Positions 47,142 through 56,659 of a stretch of DNA of 64,000 nt are shown here, one piece after another. Location: assembly GCA_018656555.1 (NCBI GenBank), contig JABHZQ010000024.1, positions 4,577 to 68,576 on the forward strand, read 5' to 3'. The notes under the pieces were generated by a model. The model searched no databases. It saw only the letters and a program-made list of their open reading frames with translations, and was not told the DNA's origin. Each line of letters starts with the position of its first letter. Within the stretch, counting starts at the first letter, position 1. Source of the DNA: an archaeon. Lineage in GTDB: Archaea; Nanobdellota; Nanobdellia; SCGC-AAA011-G17; GW2011-AR17. The position numbers were made by a program, and so were the translations under genes.

Positions 47142-48445
47142 TTAGACAACAACCTATTGTAGATGTTAAACACATTTGTACACAAATGATGGAAATGACA
47201 AGTTTCGGCTGGCTTTGAACCAATCTCTCCAAAACTACAAAAACCAAACAATGGTGCCTTGTGCAATCCACTTAACTGTTTCAATTCTTTACTGTAACTT
47301 TTCTTGTCTAATACTCTTCTTCTTGAAGAACAAGAAACAAGGAACCTAAATGCAGGTTCTTCTTTAATTTTTACATGCTTACTCAAATCACTACTTAATT
47401 CCTTATTAGCTTGCATCAATTGTTTATTATCTTCAAGATTCATAACAAAAATTGGAGTATTTCTCGTGAAAGGAGCAATATATGCAAGTCCTTCAGGATG
47501 AGGTACTCCTCCTGCTCTCATAACAATGTTTCCATAACCATCTGGGAAACCAAGAGGATACTTCTGTGTATAAAATAAAAGTTTGTCAGTAAACTCTTTT
47601 TTTGTAACTCCAATGTTTTTTGCATACCAATCAATAATTGGTGTTTCATTAATTTCTTGTACAACAAAGCCACCACCTGTAACTTTAGAGATATACCCTA
47701 AGTGATTCAATGGTTTTGCTCCGTGTGCAATAGATCCGGCATAACTTAAACCAGTACATGCAAAAGCAGTCACTAATCCATCTTTCATTATTTTTCCAGA
47801 ATGGAATGTAACAATTTCATATGGAATGTTCTTGAAAACATTATCCATGTCAGAACCAAGACTTCCACCAAACACAGGGATATAATGTCCAATTCTTTCA
47901 CCAATTCCATCAATGATCAAATCTTCATTACCCATTCTTGTTGGTTGATACCCTCTTGTCAGCGCAAAGACAAAGAAAGAAGGAGTTCTAATCAACTCAG
48001 TAACATTTCCTTTCTTAACTCTTGAAAACGCCATGTAAGAATCAATATATGTGTCTAGCTTAATCTTTTGCACAGCTTTCTCAATAGTAGCTGAAGCTAA
48101 TTTCTTTGGATTTTTTGAAATATTATCCACAGAAGATACTCCAAAGTGCAAATAGTTTGAATAAAATGAAGTTATAACAATTCCTTCAGGATACATACCA
48201 TCTTTGTAGATTACAGCGTCTGTAGATCCACCAATGAATTCAGTTCCTTTAAATTTCTCCATCAAGACTTTATTTATCTCTTTTGGATTATAGTTACCTG
48301 CATAAAAAATTAAAGTTAAATCTGGGGCTTTCCCCTTTAGTTCTTTTAGTGCTTTTTCAGCTGCTTCAGTTGTTGCTTTATATGAATCAGTATTTTTTGA
48401 GAAGCCAACTCCTGTTTGCATTAAATTTTTTACCATTTCTTTCAC
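47138..48445 (-). CDS. FIST-domain sensory protein
   Basis: GVGFS..DSY.A..AA..A, IGGST, PVFGGS, SCSSRR, GFCSFGEIG..FHH. Confidence 0.88.
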   Translation of the reverse strand: MKEMVKNLMQTGVGFSKNTDSYKATTEAAEKALKELKGKAPDLTLIFYAGNYNPKEINKVLMEKFKGTEFIGGSTDAVIYKDGMYPEGIVITSFYSNYLHFGVSSVDNISKNPKKLASATIEKAVQKIKLDTYIDSYMAFSRVKKGNVTELIRTPSFFVFALTRGYQPTRMGNEDLIIDGIGERIGHYIPVFGGSLGSDMDNVFKNIPYEIVTFHSGKIMKDGLVTAFACTGLSYAGSIAHGAKPLNHLGYISKVTGGGFVVQEINETPIIDWYAKNIGVTKKEFTDKLLFYTQKYPLGFPDGYGNIVMRAGGVPHPEGLAYIAPFTRNTPIFVMNLEDNKQLMQANKELSSDLSKHVKIKEEPAFRFLVSCSSRRRVLDKKSYSKELKQLSGLHKAPLFGFCSFGEIGSKPAETCHFHHLCTNVFNIYNRLLSK

Positions 48446-48924
48446 CTCTTGTTAATTATGAATTGTGTTGAGCCCATCCTACAAGGCTTTGTTTCAACTT
48501 TTACGTCTGCTTTGAATAAAAATGTGAACATACCATCCAATGCAGCCTCTAATAGACAAGGGTTACTTTTTTCTTTTGCACACCCATTACACATTGGCGA
48601 ATTAGAAACATTAAGAATAGCTATTTTTTTACTATTATCTAACTTTAAAATCTGAAACTGTCCTAATCCAAATGTTTCAAATATATCTTGGCTTGATTTA
48701 ACAATTCCAGAACTAGTAGAACCCATCTTTTTAGCATAGGTTTTCATAGTATCATGAATATTGGTTTTTACAATATTATAGACCTTATCATGATCAATAA
48801 GTTGGAGTTCAGCCATCAAATTAGAAGGGAGCATTATCTGTGTTTGTCCCAGAATTTCAATTTTTCCTTTATCTATTGCAAATTGTCTAACAAACAACAA
48901 TTTCTTTAAAAATGGTGATAACAT
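48442..48924 (-). CDS. V4R (4-vinyl reductase) ligand-binding domain protein
   Basis: GKIEILG..IMLP, FGLGQFQI, NSP..PC...GMF..VET..C..G..FII. Confidence 0.7.
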   Translation of the reverse strand: MLSPFLKKLLFVRQFAIDKGKIEILGQTQIMLPSNLMAELQLIDHDKVYNIVKTNIHDTMKTYAKKMGSTSSGIVKSSQDIFETFGLGQFQILKLDNSKKIAILNVSNSPMCNGCAKEKSNPCLLEAALDGMFTFLFKADVKVETKPCRMGSTQFIINKR

Positions 48925-49022
48925 AGTCCTTCTTACTATAATTGTAATTATTTATATATAAATATTTGTATAAATCCAAAATTTAGGTTCTTTATTACAA
49001 TAAACCTTATAAACCACTTAAT

Positions 49023-49070
49023 ATACGATATGTTGTGGGTCAAATAGATCCAACACACAACGGGTTGTGT
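49023..49070 (+). promoter_or_regulatory. Tandem NrdR boxes (49023-49038 and 49055-49070)
   Basis: ATACGATATGTTGTGG and ACACAACGGGTTGTGT resemble acaCwAtATaTwGtgt, 32 bp apart, between a TTATAAA box and the nrdR ATG. Confidence 0.75.
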
Positions 49071-49080
49071 TCACTGAACA

Positions 49081-49530
49081 ATGAAATGTCCATTTTGTCA
49101 TCACACAGAAAGTAAAGTTATGGATAAAAGGGAAACCGAAGCAGATATGGCTACAAGAAGACGTAGAGAGTGCTTAAATTGTGAAAAAAGATACACAACT
49201 TATGAAAGAATTGATGACATTCCTTTGGTAGTGATTAAGAAAAATGGGAGAAAGGAGTCCTACAGTAGAGAAAAGTTAAAAAAAGGAATGGTCCTAGCTT
49301 GTGAGAAAAGAGAGGTTGATTGCGAAAAAATAGACAGAGCAGTTGATCAAATCGAAGCAAAATTAAGAGACTATAAAACACCAGAAATTAAGTCTGAAGT
49401 TGTTGGAAAATATGTTCTAACAAAGTTAAAAGGTCTTGATAAAGTTGCCTACATTCGTTTTGCCTCAGTCCACAAAGAATTCAAAGATATTGAGGAAATG
49501 AGAGCAGAAGTAAAAAAATTGTCTAAATAG
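49081..49530 (+). CDS. nrdR: Transcriptional repressor NrdR
   Basis: MKCPFC..RRRRECLNC.KRYTTYER, ATP-cone, DKVAYIRFASV. Confidence 0.96.
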   Translation: MKCPFCHHTESKVMDKRETEADMATRRRRECLNCEKRYTTYERIDDIPLVVIKKNGRKESYSREKLKKGMVLACEKREVDCEKIDRAVDQIEAKLRDYKTPEIKSEVVGKYVLTKLKGLDKVAYIRFASVHKEFKDIEEMRAEVKKLSK

Positions 49531-49541
49531 GGGGGATTATT

Positions 49542-51545
49542 ATGGTTTCTCAGGTAAAAAAGAGAAATGGAACAGTAGTTTTATTTAATAAGGATAAAGT
49601 AATAAATGCAATATTCAGGGCTGCAACAGCAGTCGGTGGTAAAGACAAAGATACTGCTAGGGAACTAGCTGATGAGATTGTAAAAAAAGTTGATGAAACT
49701 TTTAATGATGAAATACCTTCTGTTGAAAATATTCAAGATATCATTGAAGATGTCCTAATTGATAATCGTCATAGTCAAACAGCAAAAGCTTACATTAGAT
49801 ATAGACAGAGAAGAAAAGAAGTAAGAGATGCTAAAAGAACAATTCTTGATGTTGATAAAACAATGCAAGAATACCTTGGAAGATTAGATTGGAGAGTAAA
49901 TGAAAATAGTAATGTTGGATTTTCTCTTGGAGGATTAATCCTTTATGTTTCTGGTAAAATTACCGCAAACTACTGGTTAAACAATATCTATCCTCCTGAA
50001 GTTAAAGAAGCACACAATAAAGGAGACTTCCATGTTCATGATCTAAGTATGTTTTGTGGTTACTGTGCAGGTTGGTCTCTAAAACAACTTTTATTCGAAG
50101 GTTTCGGAGGAGTTGCTGGACAATTAAAAACAGTTCCACCAAGGCACTTTGATACTGTTATTGGTCAAATGGTTAATTTCTTAGGGACAATGCAGAATGA
50201 ATGGGCAGGTGCTCAAGCTCTGAGTTCAGTAGATACTTACCTAGCTCCTTATGTTAGAAGGGACAACATGAGTTATACTCAAGTGAAACAACAGATGCAA
50301 AGATTATTGTTTAACATTGCAACACCTAGTAGATGGGGAACACAAACACCATTTATCAATTTTACATTTGATTGGGTAGTTCCAGAAGATATGAAAGATC
50401 AAGGTGTTTTGATTGGTAATGAAACATTAAACTCTACGTATAGCGACTATCAAAAAGAAATGGACATGATTAACAGAGCTTTCTTAGAATGTATGGTAGA
50501 AGGGGATGCAGCTGGAAGAATTTTTACATTTCCAATTCCAACCTACAATATAACTAAAGATTTTGATTGGGACTCTGAAAATACTAAGTTACTATTTGAT
50601 GTTACTGCAAAATATGGAATACCTTACTTCCAGAACTTTATCAACTCTAGTCTAAAACCAAGTGATGTTAGATCAATGTGTTGTAGACTTCAACTAGAAG
50701 TAAGCCAGTTAAGAAAGAAAACTGGTGGTCTATTTGGTTCTGGTGAATTAACAGGAAGTATTGGTGTTGTTACCATAAACATACCAAGATTAGCCTACCT
50801 ATCCAAAACAAAAGAAGAATTATTAGATAGATTAGGAAGATTAATGGACATCGCTAAGAACTCTTTAGAAATAAAAAGGAAAGTAGTTACAAAATATATG
50901 GATTCAGGTCTACTTCCTTACTCAAAAAGATATCTTGGAAATTTGGATAATCATTTTAGTACAATAGGACTTGTTGGAATGAATGATGCTTTACTAAATT
51001 TTATTGGTAAAGACATCGCAACTGATGAAGGAAGAACATTATCTTTAGAGATATTGGACTTCATGAGAGAAAAATTACAAAAATATCAGAAAGATAGTAA
51101 CAACATTTATAACTTAGAAGCCACACCTGCTGAAGGTACGTCATATAGACTGGCAAGAATTGACAAACAACTATATCCGGACATAATATCTAGTGGGCAA
51201 AAGGAACCATATTACACAAATTCCACACAATTGCCTGTAAACTATACCGACGATATTTTTGAAGCATTAGACTTACAAGACGAACTACAAGGTAAATATA
51301 CTGGGGGTACAGTCTTCCATGCATTTATTGGTGAAAAAATCAGTGATGGTGAAGCTTGTAAGGAATTAGTAAAAAAGGTAGCATACAATTATAGACTTCC
51401 TTATTTTACAATTAGTCCAACATTTAGTGTCTGTCCAACACATGGCTATTTAGCTGGAGAGCACTTTTATTGTCCAAAATGTGACGCAGAAATCGAAGCA
51501 ATAAATAATAAAGAGGTGGTACAAAATGCAACGAACCAAGTGTGA
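49542..51545 (+). CDS. nrdD: Class III anaerobic ribonucleotide reductase, large part lacking the glycyl-radical tail
   Basis: ATP-cone, FHVHDL, GYCAGW, RSMCCRL, EATPAEG, CPTHG..CPKC. Confidence 0.93.
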   Translation: MVSQVKKRNGTVVLFNKDKVINAIFRAATAVGGKDKDTARELADEIVKKVDETFNDEIPSVENIQDIIEDVLIDNRHSQTAKAYIRYRQRRKEVRDAKRTILDVDKTMQEYLGRLDWRVNENSNVGFSLGGLILYVSGKITANYWLNNIYPPEVKEAHNKGDFHVHDLSMFCGYCAGWSLKQLLFEGFGGVAGQLKTVPPRHFDTVIGQMVNFLGTMQNEWAGAQALSSVDTYLAPYVRRDNMSYTQVKQQMQRLLFNIATPSRWGTQTPFINFTFDWVVPEDMKDQGVLIGNETLNSTYSDYQKEMDMINRAFLECMVEGDAAGRIFTFPIPTYNITKDFDWDSENTKLLFDVTAKYGIPYFQNFINSSLKPSDVRSMCCRLQLEVSQLRKKTGGLFGSGELTGSIGVVTINIPRLAYLSKTKEELLDRLGRLMDIAKNSLEIKRKVVTKYMDSGLLPYSKRYLGNLDNHFSTIGLVGMNDALLNFIGKDIATDEGRTLSLEILDFMREKLQKYQKDSNNIYNLEATPAEGTSYRLARIDKQLYPDIISSGQKEPYYTNSTQLPVNYTDDIFEALDLQDELQGKYTGGTVFHAFIGEKISDGEACKELVKKVAYNYRLPYFTISPTFSVCPTHGYLAGEHFYCPKCDAEIEAINNKEVVQNATNQV

Positions 51546-51711
51546 AGTTTTTACAAGAATAGTTGGTTACATTAGACCTGTTCAAAATTGGAACAAGGGT
51601 AAAAAAGAAGAATTTGGAGATAGAGTTACTTTCAGAGAGAAAGTTAGTCTGGAAAGTGCTCAAAAAATAGAAAAATGCAAACCATTGGAGGCTTTCAACG
51701 CTCAACATTAA
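51526..51711 (+). CDS. Separately encoded NrdD glycyl-radical C-terminal domain
   Basis: CEVFTRIVGYIRPVQNWNKGKKEEF; own SD GAGGTG 7 nt upstream. Confidence 0.85.
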   Translation: MQRTKCEVFTRIVGYIRPVQNWNKGKKEEFGDRVTFREKVSLESAQKIEKCKPLEAFNAQH

Positions 51712-52364
51712 TCGACTTTCCTGGGAAAGTTGCTTGTAGTGTATTTTTTAATGGATGCAATTTTAAATGTGGTTTTTGCCACAACCCTTTTTTAATTTTT
51801 AATTGTTCTGAATTAATTAGTAAGGAAGATGTTCTTAGTTTTTTAGATAAAAGAGTTGGTTTGTTAGATGGTGTTGTGTTGAGTGGTGGGGAACCTTGTA
51901 TGAGTGAAGAGATAGTTGAGTTTGCTAGGAAAGTGAAGGAGAAGGGTTTTTTGGTAAAGCTTGACACAAATGGTGCATTTCCCGAAGTATTGGAGAAAGT
52001 ATTACCTTATGTTGATTATGTTGCTATGGATATTAAAGGTTCTAAAGAGAACTATTCAAAAGTTATTGGTGTTGAAATAGATATTAGTAAGATTGAGAAG
52101 AGTGTTGAGTTGGTTCAGGAGAGTGGTGTTGAGTTTGAGTTTAGGATGACTTGTTTACCCAAATTTCATGATAAATTAGAAATTTTTAAAATTGGGCAAT
52201 GGTTGGAGGGATCTTCTAGATTTGTAATACAACAGTTTATTTCTAAAGAAGAATTAATAGATCCTACTCTCATTTGTACAAAAGGATTTAGAGAAGAGGA
52301 ATTGAAAAATTTTCAAGAAATTCTACAAAAGGTTATTAAAAAGGTAGATATTAGATCTAATTGA
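51675..52364 (+). CDS. nrdG: Anaerobic RNR activating radical-SAM enzyme
   Basis: TLIDFPG, CNFKCGFCHN, LSGGEP, KLDTNG. Confidence 0.93.
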   Translation: MQTIGGFQRSTLIDFPGKVACSVFFNGCNFKCGFCHNPFLIFNCSELISKEDVLSFLDKRVGLLDGVVLSGGEPCMSEEIVEFARKVKEKGFLVKLDTNGAFPEVLEKVLPYVDYVAMDIKGSKENYSKVIGVEIDISKIEKSVELVQESGVEFEFRMTCLPKFHDKLEIFKIGQWLEGSSRFVIQQFISKEELIDPTLICTKGFREEELKNFQEILQKVIKKVDIRSN

Positions 52365-52370
52365 TTCTTA

Positions 52371-53204
52371 ATGTTTAAAAAACCCACAAAAAAACAACTG
52401 TATTATTATTATATAAAAAAGAAACTTTCTATAAGGCAGATTGCCAAAAAATTACAAATTGGAAGTACTTCTGTTGATAGATATCTAAAAAAATATAATA
52501 TTCAAACAAGGAAATCTATTGAAGGACAAAAATTAAGATTACTTAAAATTGGAAAATTTGGTGGATATTTAAATGAAAAACTTAGTGAAGAACAAAATCA
52601 GTTTGTGTTTGGTACTTTATTGGGTGATGGTACTTTAGGTATTGGAAAAAGAAACACTCAAGCAAGATTAAAAATTGAACATAGTTCTAAAGATTCTAGT
52701 TATGTTGAGTATAAAGCTCGACTATTAGGTAATTTTGTTACAGGAGGAATAAATACCTACTCCAAATATAATAAAAAAAATGATAAGAAATATACTTGCA
52801 CTTATTTTATTACAAAAACCCATCCTGAATTTACAAAAATTCATAAAATATTTTATAAAAGAAAAATTAAGGTTCTAAAAAAAGAAGTTCTTGATATTAT
52901 TGGTGAATTGGGGTTAGCTATATGGATTATGGATGATGGGTATTATAACAAAAAAAGTAGATTTATAGAAATTTATACTATGAATTTTGATTATCATGAA
53001 CACTTAACAATCCAAAAGTGGTTTAAGGAAAAATATAATATTTATTCCAAAATTTGTTGGCATAAACAAAGTGAAAGATTTTATTTAAGATTTAATCAGA
53101 AAGACACAGCAGTTTTAATAGAACATATTAAGCCATATATTGTGGCTGGTATGGAAAGAAAGATGGGTAAAGAAATTGCTGAAAAATTTGTGGCAGGGGA
53201 GTAG
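52371..53204 (+). CDS. Free-standing LAGLIDADG_2-type endonuclease with N-terminal HTH
   Basis: LSIRQIAKKL HTH; GTLLGDG; LAIWIMDDG; IKPYI. Confidence 0.88.
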   Translation: MFKKPTKKQLYYYYIKKKLSIRQIAKKLQIGSTSVDRYLKKYNIQTRKSIEGQKLRLLKIGKFGGYLNEKLSEEQNQFVFGTLLGDGTLGIGKRNTQARLKIEHSSKDSSYVEYKARLLGNFVTGGINTYSKYNKKNDKKYTCTYFITKTHPEFTKIHKIFYKRKIKVLKKEVLDIIGELGLAIWIMDDGYYNKKSRFIEIYTMNFDYHEHLTIQKWFKEKYNIYSKICWHKQSERFYLRFNQKDTAVLIEHIKPYIVAGMERKMGKEIAEKFVAGE

Positions 53205-53270
53205 TTTAGTTGTAAATCTTTCAACAATCTCTAATTAACACTTATAAAAAGTATTTCTTAAAATTAATTC

Positions 53271-53930
53271 ATGAAAATAAAAGAGATGCACTTTTCTTGT
53301 AAACCTTCTTACAAATTAATCAATAAAGGTTCTAAATACTTAGATACTGCTGAATTATTAGCTATTGTAATTGGAAATGGTGTGAAACATCAGAGTTCTT
53401 TGGAAATATCTCATAAACTGCTTAAAAAATATAATTTGAATGGGATTTCTCAATTGAATTTTAATGAATTAAGAAAGGAATTGGATCATGTGAAGGCTTT
53501 AAGGATATTAAGTTTGATTGAATTATGTAAAAGATATAATAAATTGATTAGTAAAGGTTATAGTAAAGAGATTAATTCTCCTGAAGATATTTTTAATATC
53601 TATAAGTATAGGTTTGTAGATGCTAAAGAAGAACATTTTATTGTTGTTTTGTTAGATACTAAGAATAGGATTATTAAGGATAAGGAGATTAGTGTGGGTA
53701 CTTTGAATGCTTGTGTTATTCATCCTAGAGAGGTGTTTAAGGAAGCTATTAAGGAAAGTGCTAATAGTATCATATTGGTGCATAATCATCCTTCTGGAGA
53801 TTGTAGTCCTAGTGATGAGGATTTGGAGATTACTGAGAAGTTGAAAGAAGCTGGTGAAGTTTTAGATATTAAGTTATTGGATCATGTTATTGTTGGGAAA
53901 GAGAAGTTTTGGAGTTGGGGGGAGAGTTAA
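53271..53930 (+). CDS. radC: RadC-family JAB domain protein
   Basis: ELLAI, VGTLN..IHPREVFKEA, LVHNHPSGD..PSDED, LLDHVI. Confidence 0.92.
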   Translation: MKIKEMHFSCKPSYKLINKGSKYLDTAELLAIVIGNGVKHQSSLEISHKLLKKYNLNGISQLNFNELRKELDHVKALRILSLIELCKRYNKLISKGYSKEINSPEDIFNIYKYRFVDAKEEHFIVVLLDTKNRIIKDKEISVGTLNACVIHPREVFKEAIKESANSIILVHNHPSGDCSPSDEDLEITEKLKEAGEVLDIKLLDHVIVGKEKFWSWGES

Positions 53931-55240
53931 TTTTTAATCTTAAATGCTTCTCTTAATACAGTGGCCATCAATGCTTCAGAAATATTTTGATTTCCTTTAA
54001 CCTTATTTTCTAATTGATCACAAAGATTCATCAATTTATCCACTTTATCAACAATTCTTTTTTGTTCGTTTAATGGAGGAAGTCCAACTACTAATTTTTT
54101 TAATTTGTTGATATTTACTCTTTGTTGACCAGCAGTACCAGTATATGTCGATAACCCAAATTGTATAAACTCCTCAGATTTTACAAGATAGAGTATTAAT
54201 TCAGGTAAAAATAATTCATTAAATGGCCTTAAAATAATTATTTCAGTAGTCCCTGCACCACAACCACCTTCAAGATCAGTTAGAATTGTAGATTTCCTAT
54301 TTTCGAAACAGGGTGTTATTTTAGCAAACGCAACATCTCTCTCTTTAAAATGAGTAAAACCTTTTTTTATATTTTTCCATTTATTTATTTCGAATGAATG
54401 TTGGTTATTATAACCGCATTTTATTAATCTCATAGGGATAAATGAAACATTTGATTCATCATCAACTTTATTTCTAGGATTAAATTTCACTATATCATTT
54501 AATCTAACCCAGACCCATCCGTTAGGTAATTTGTAGGGAACTTCATCTTCTTTAATTTTGGGCAAGAGTTTATCCTTTTTGATCTTCTTCTCTTTGATTA
54601 GTTTCTCCTTCTCTGCTTTTATCTTTTCAATAAGTACGGAAGCAGGCTCATCATTATTGTCTTGAGGAATAAGTTTTCCTCGAATTGCTTCTGATAGAAT
54701 TGCTTGTCGGAGTTTAATTAATAATTTATCATTTTCATATTGGATATTTATAGTTTCATTAATCTCATTATTTACTGCATTGAGTTTATTTCTAATTTCT
54801 ATTTGAGTATCAAGATCTGGAAGATCAATTTTTAATGGTAGAAACTTCTTTGGTTTTAACTCAGTTTTGATCCCACCTTTTATTTGACTATTGATTGCTG
54901 CTCTGAATGCCTCACTCTTCAGAAACCATTTAAAATATTCAACATCGATTTTCTTTTTATCAAAGTTATATGAGGAATAATGGATAGTAGCAAGCACATC
55001 TTCATCCCCCATGTAAACTGCAACAGCACCTTTCTCTACATTAATTCCAGAAATAACAAGGTCCCCTTTCTTTACAAAGATCATACCAGTTCTTGTTGGT
55101 TTATTGTCATTCAAATGAATCTTTCCAGAGAAGTCTATTTTTTCTAACCTTTGTAATCCAAGCTCATTTGCTTGATCTGGTTTTATCCTATCTGATCTTT
55201 CTTTCAGAAATGAACTAATTGTTACTCTATTCCAAACCAT
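53927..55240 (-). CDS. hsdS: Type I RM specificity subunit
   Basis: Two TRDs; LRQAILSEAIRGKL..EPASVL..PYKLPNGWVW; LPPLNEQKRIV. Confidence 0.92.
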   Translation of the reverse strand: MVWNRVTISSFLKERSDRIKPDQANELGLQRLEKIDFSGKIHLNDNKPTRTGMIFVKKGDLVISGINVEKGAVAVYMGDEDVLATIHYSSYNFDKKKIDVEYFKWFLKSEAFRAAINSQIKGGIKTELKPKKFLPLKIDLPDLDTQIEIRNKLNAVNNEINETINIQYENDKLLIKLRQAILSEAIRGKLIPQDNNDEPASVLIEKIKAEKEKLIKEKKIKKDKLLPKIKEDEVPYKLPNGWVWVRLNDIVKFNPRNKVDDESNVSFIPMRLIKCGYNNQHSFEINKWKNIKKGFTHFKERDVAFAKITPCFENRKSTILTDLEGGCGAGTTEIIILRPFNELFLPELILYLVKSEEFIQFGLSTYTGTAGQQRVNINKLKKLVVGLPPLNEQKRIVDKVDKLMNLCDQLENKVKGNQNISEALMATVLREAFKIKN

Positions 55241-56659
55241 TTAGAATTCCTCTTTTATTTTACCAAGCAGTTTTTTTGTTCTATCAAGATTTGATGAAAT
55301 TTTCTCCATTAATTCATCTTTAGTCATATGTTCAGTTTCATCAATATTGTTGGTGTTATTGATGTCTAGATTGTAGTTTCTTTTCTTAATTTCATCTATA
55401 GTTACTTTCCAACAATGGGGTTTAAATTCTTTTTTATTCCTATTTTCCCACCATTTTTTTTCAAGATCGAACTCTTCTATTCTAATTGGCTTTGTTTTTC
55501 CATAAGTCTTATATCCTTCTGGAAGGGGATGTTCAAAATACCAAACCTCTTTAGTTTTTTCTCCTTTATTGAAGAATAATAAATTCGTTCTAATGTTGGT
55601 ATATGGATTAAAAACTCCCTTAGGTAATCTTACAATAGTATGGAGATTAAACTCTTCTAATAATTTCTCTTTAATTCTTGTTTTTACCCCTTCCCCAAAT
55701 AAAAATCCATCGGGAAGAACTAATCCACACTTTCCATCTGATTTTAATAATTTCATAATTAAAACTAAAAATAGATCTGCAGTTTCTCTAGTACGATAAG
55801 CAGAAGGAAAATTTAATTCTATTCCTGTTTCTTCTGCTCCACCAAATGGGGGATTAGTTACTACAATATCTACTTTATCGGATGGACCATAATCTACTAT
55901 TGGCCTAGATAAAGAATTATCATGTCTAATACTTGGAATTTCGATATCGTGAAGAATTAAATTAGTAGTACAAAGAAGATGGGGAAGAGGTTTCTTTTCA
56001 ATTCCAATTATGTTTTCTTGTAATTGTTTTCTTTCATCAACTGATTTAATTTGTTTTTTAAGATTTTCTAAAGTACAAATAAGAAAACCTCCAGTTCCAC
56101 AAGCAGGGTCTAATATTTTTTTACCTAATTGGGGATTAACCATATCTACAATAAATTGTGTTACGGCCCTAGGTGTATAATATTCTCCAGCATTTCCTGC
56201 ACTTTGTAAATCTTTTAATATTTGCTCATAGATATCATTAAACAAATGTCTATCTTCAGTTTTATTAAAATCAATATCATTTAATTTGTTAACTACTTGT
56301 CTAATTAATGTTCCAGTCTTCATATAGTTATAATTATCAGAAAACAATTCTTTTACTAAAAAACTCTTAGGGTCATTATCAACAGAAAGTTCTTCAAACT
56401 TTTTAAACATTTTTCCTATAAATCCTAATAACTCCTCTCCAGTTATCCCTTCTTTATCTGCTGCCCAATTTCTCCATCTAAACTTTTCTGGAATAGGTGA
56501 TTTATAATTATTCTCTAATTCCCATTCTTTTTCTTTATCATCGAATACTTTAAGAAAAATCATCCAAGTTATTTGAGATATTCTTTGAGCATCCCCATCT
56601 ACTCCTGGATCTTTACGCATAATATCTTGAATTGATTTAATTATTGTTGAAAGAGCCAA
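55241..56659 (-). CDS. hsdM: Type I RM m6A methyltransferase (likely TTG start at 56659)
   Basis: GEYYTPR, DPACGTGGF, TNPPF; SD GGAGGTGA before the TTG. Confidence 0.93.
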   Translation of the reverse strand: MALSTIIKSIQDIMRKDPGVDGDAQRISQITWMIFLKVFDDKEKEWELENNYKSPIPEKFRWRNWAADKEGITGEELLGFIGKMFKKFEELSVDNDPKSFLVKELFSDNYNYMKTGTLIRQVVNKLNDIDFNKTEDRHLFNDIYEQILKDLQSAGNAGEYYTPRAVTQFIVDMVNPQLGKKILDPACGTGGFLICTLENLKKQIKSVDERKQLQENIIGIEKKPLPHLLCTTNLILHDIEIPSIRHDNSLSRPIVDYGPSDKVDIVVTNPPFGGAEETGIELNFPSAYRTRETADLFLVLIMKLLKSDGKCGLVLPDGFLFGEGVKTRIKEKLLEEFNLHTIVRLPKGVFNPYTNIRTNLLFFNKGEKTKEVWYFEHPLPEGYKTYGKTKPIRIEEFDLEKKWWENRNKKEFKPHCWKVTIDEIKKRNYNLDINNTNNIDETEHMTKDELMEKISSNLDRTKKLLGKIKEEF

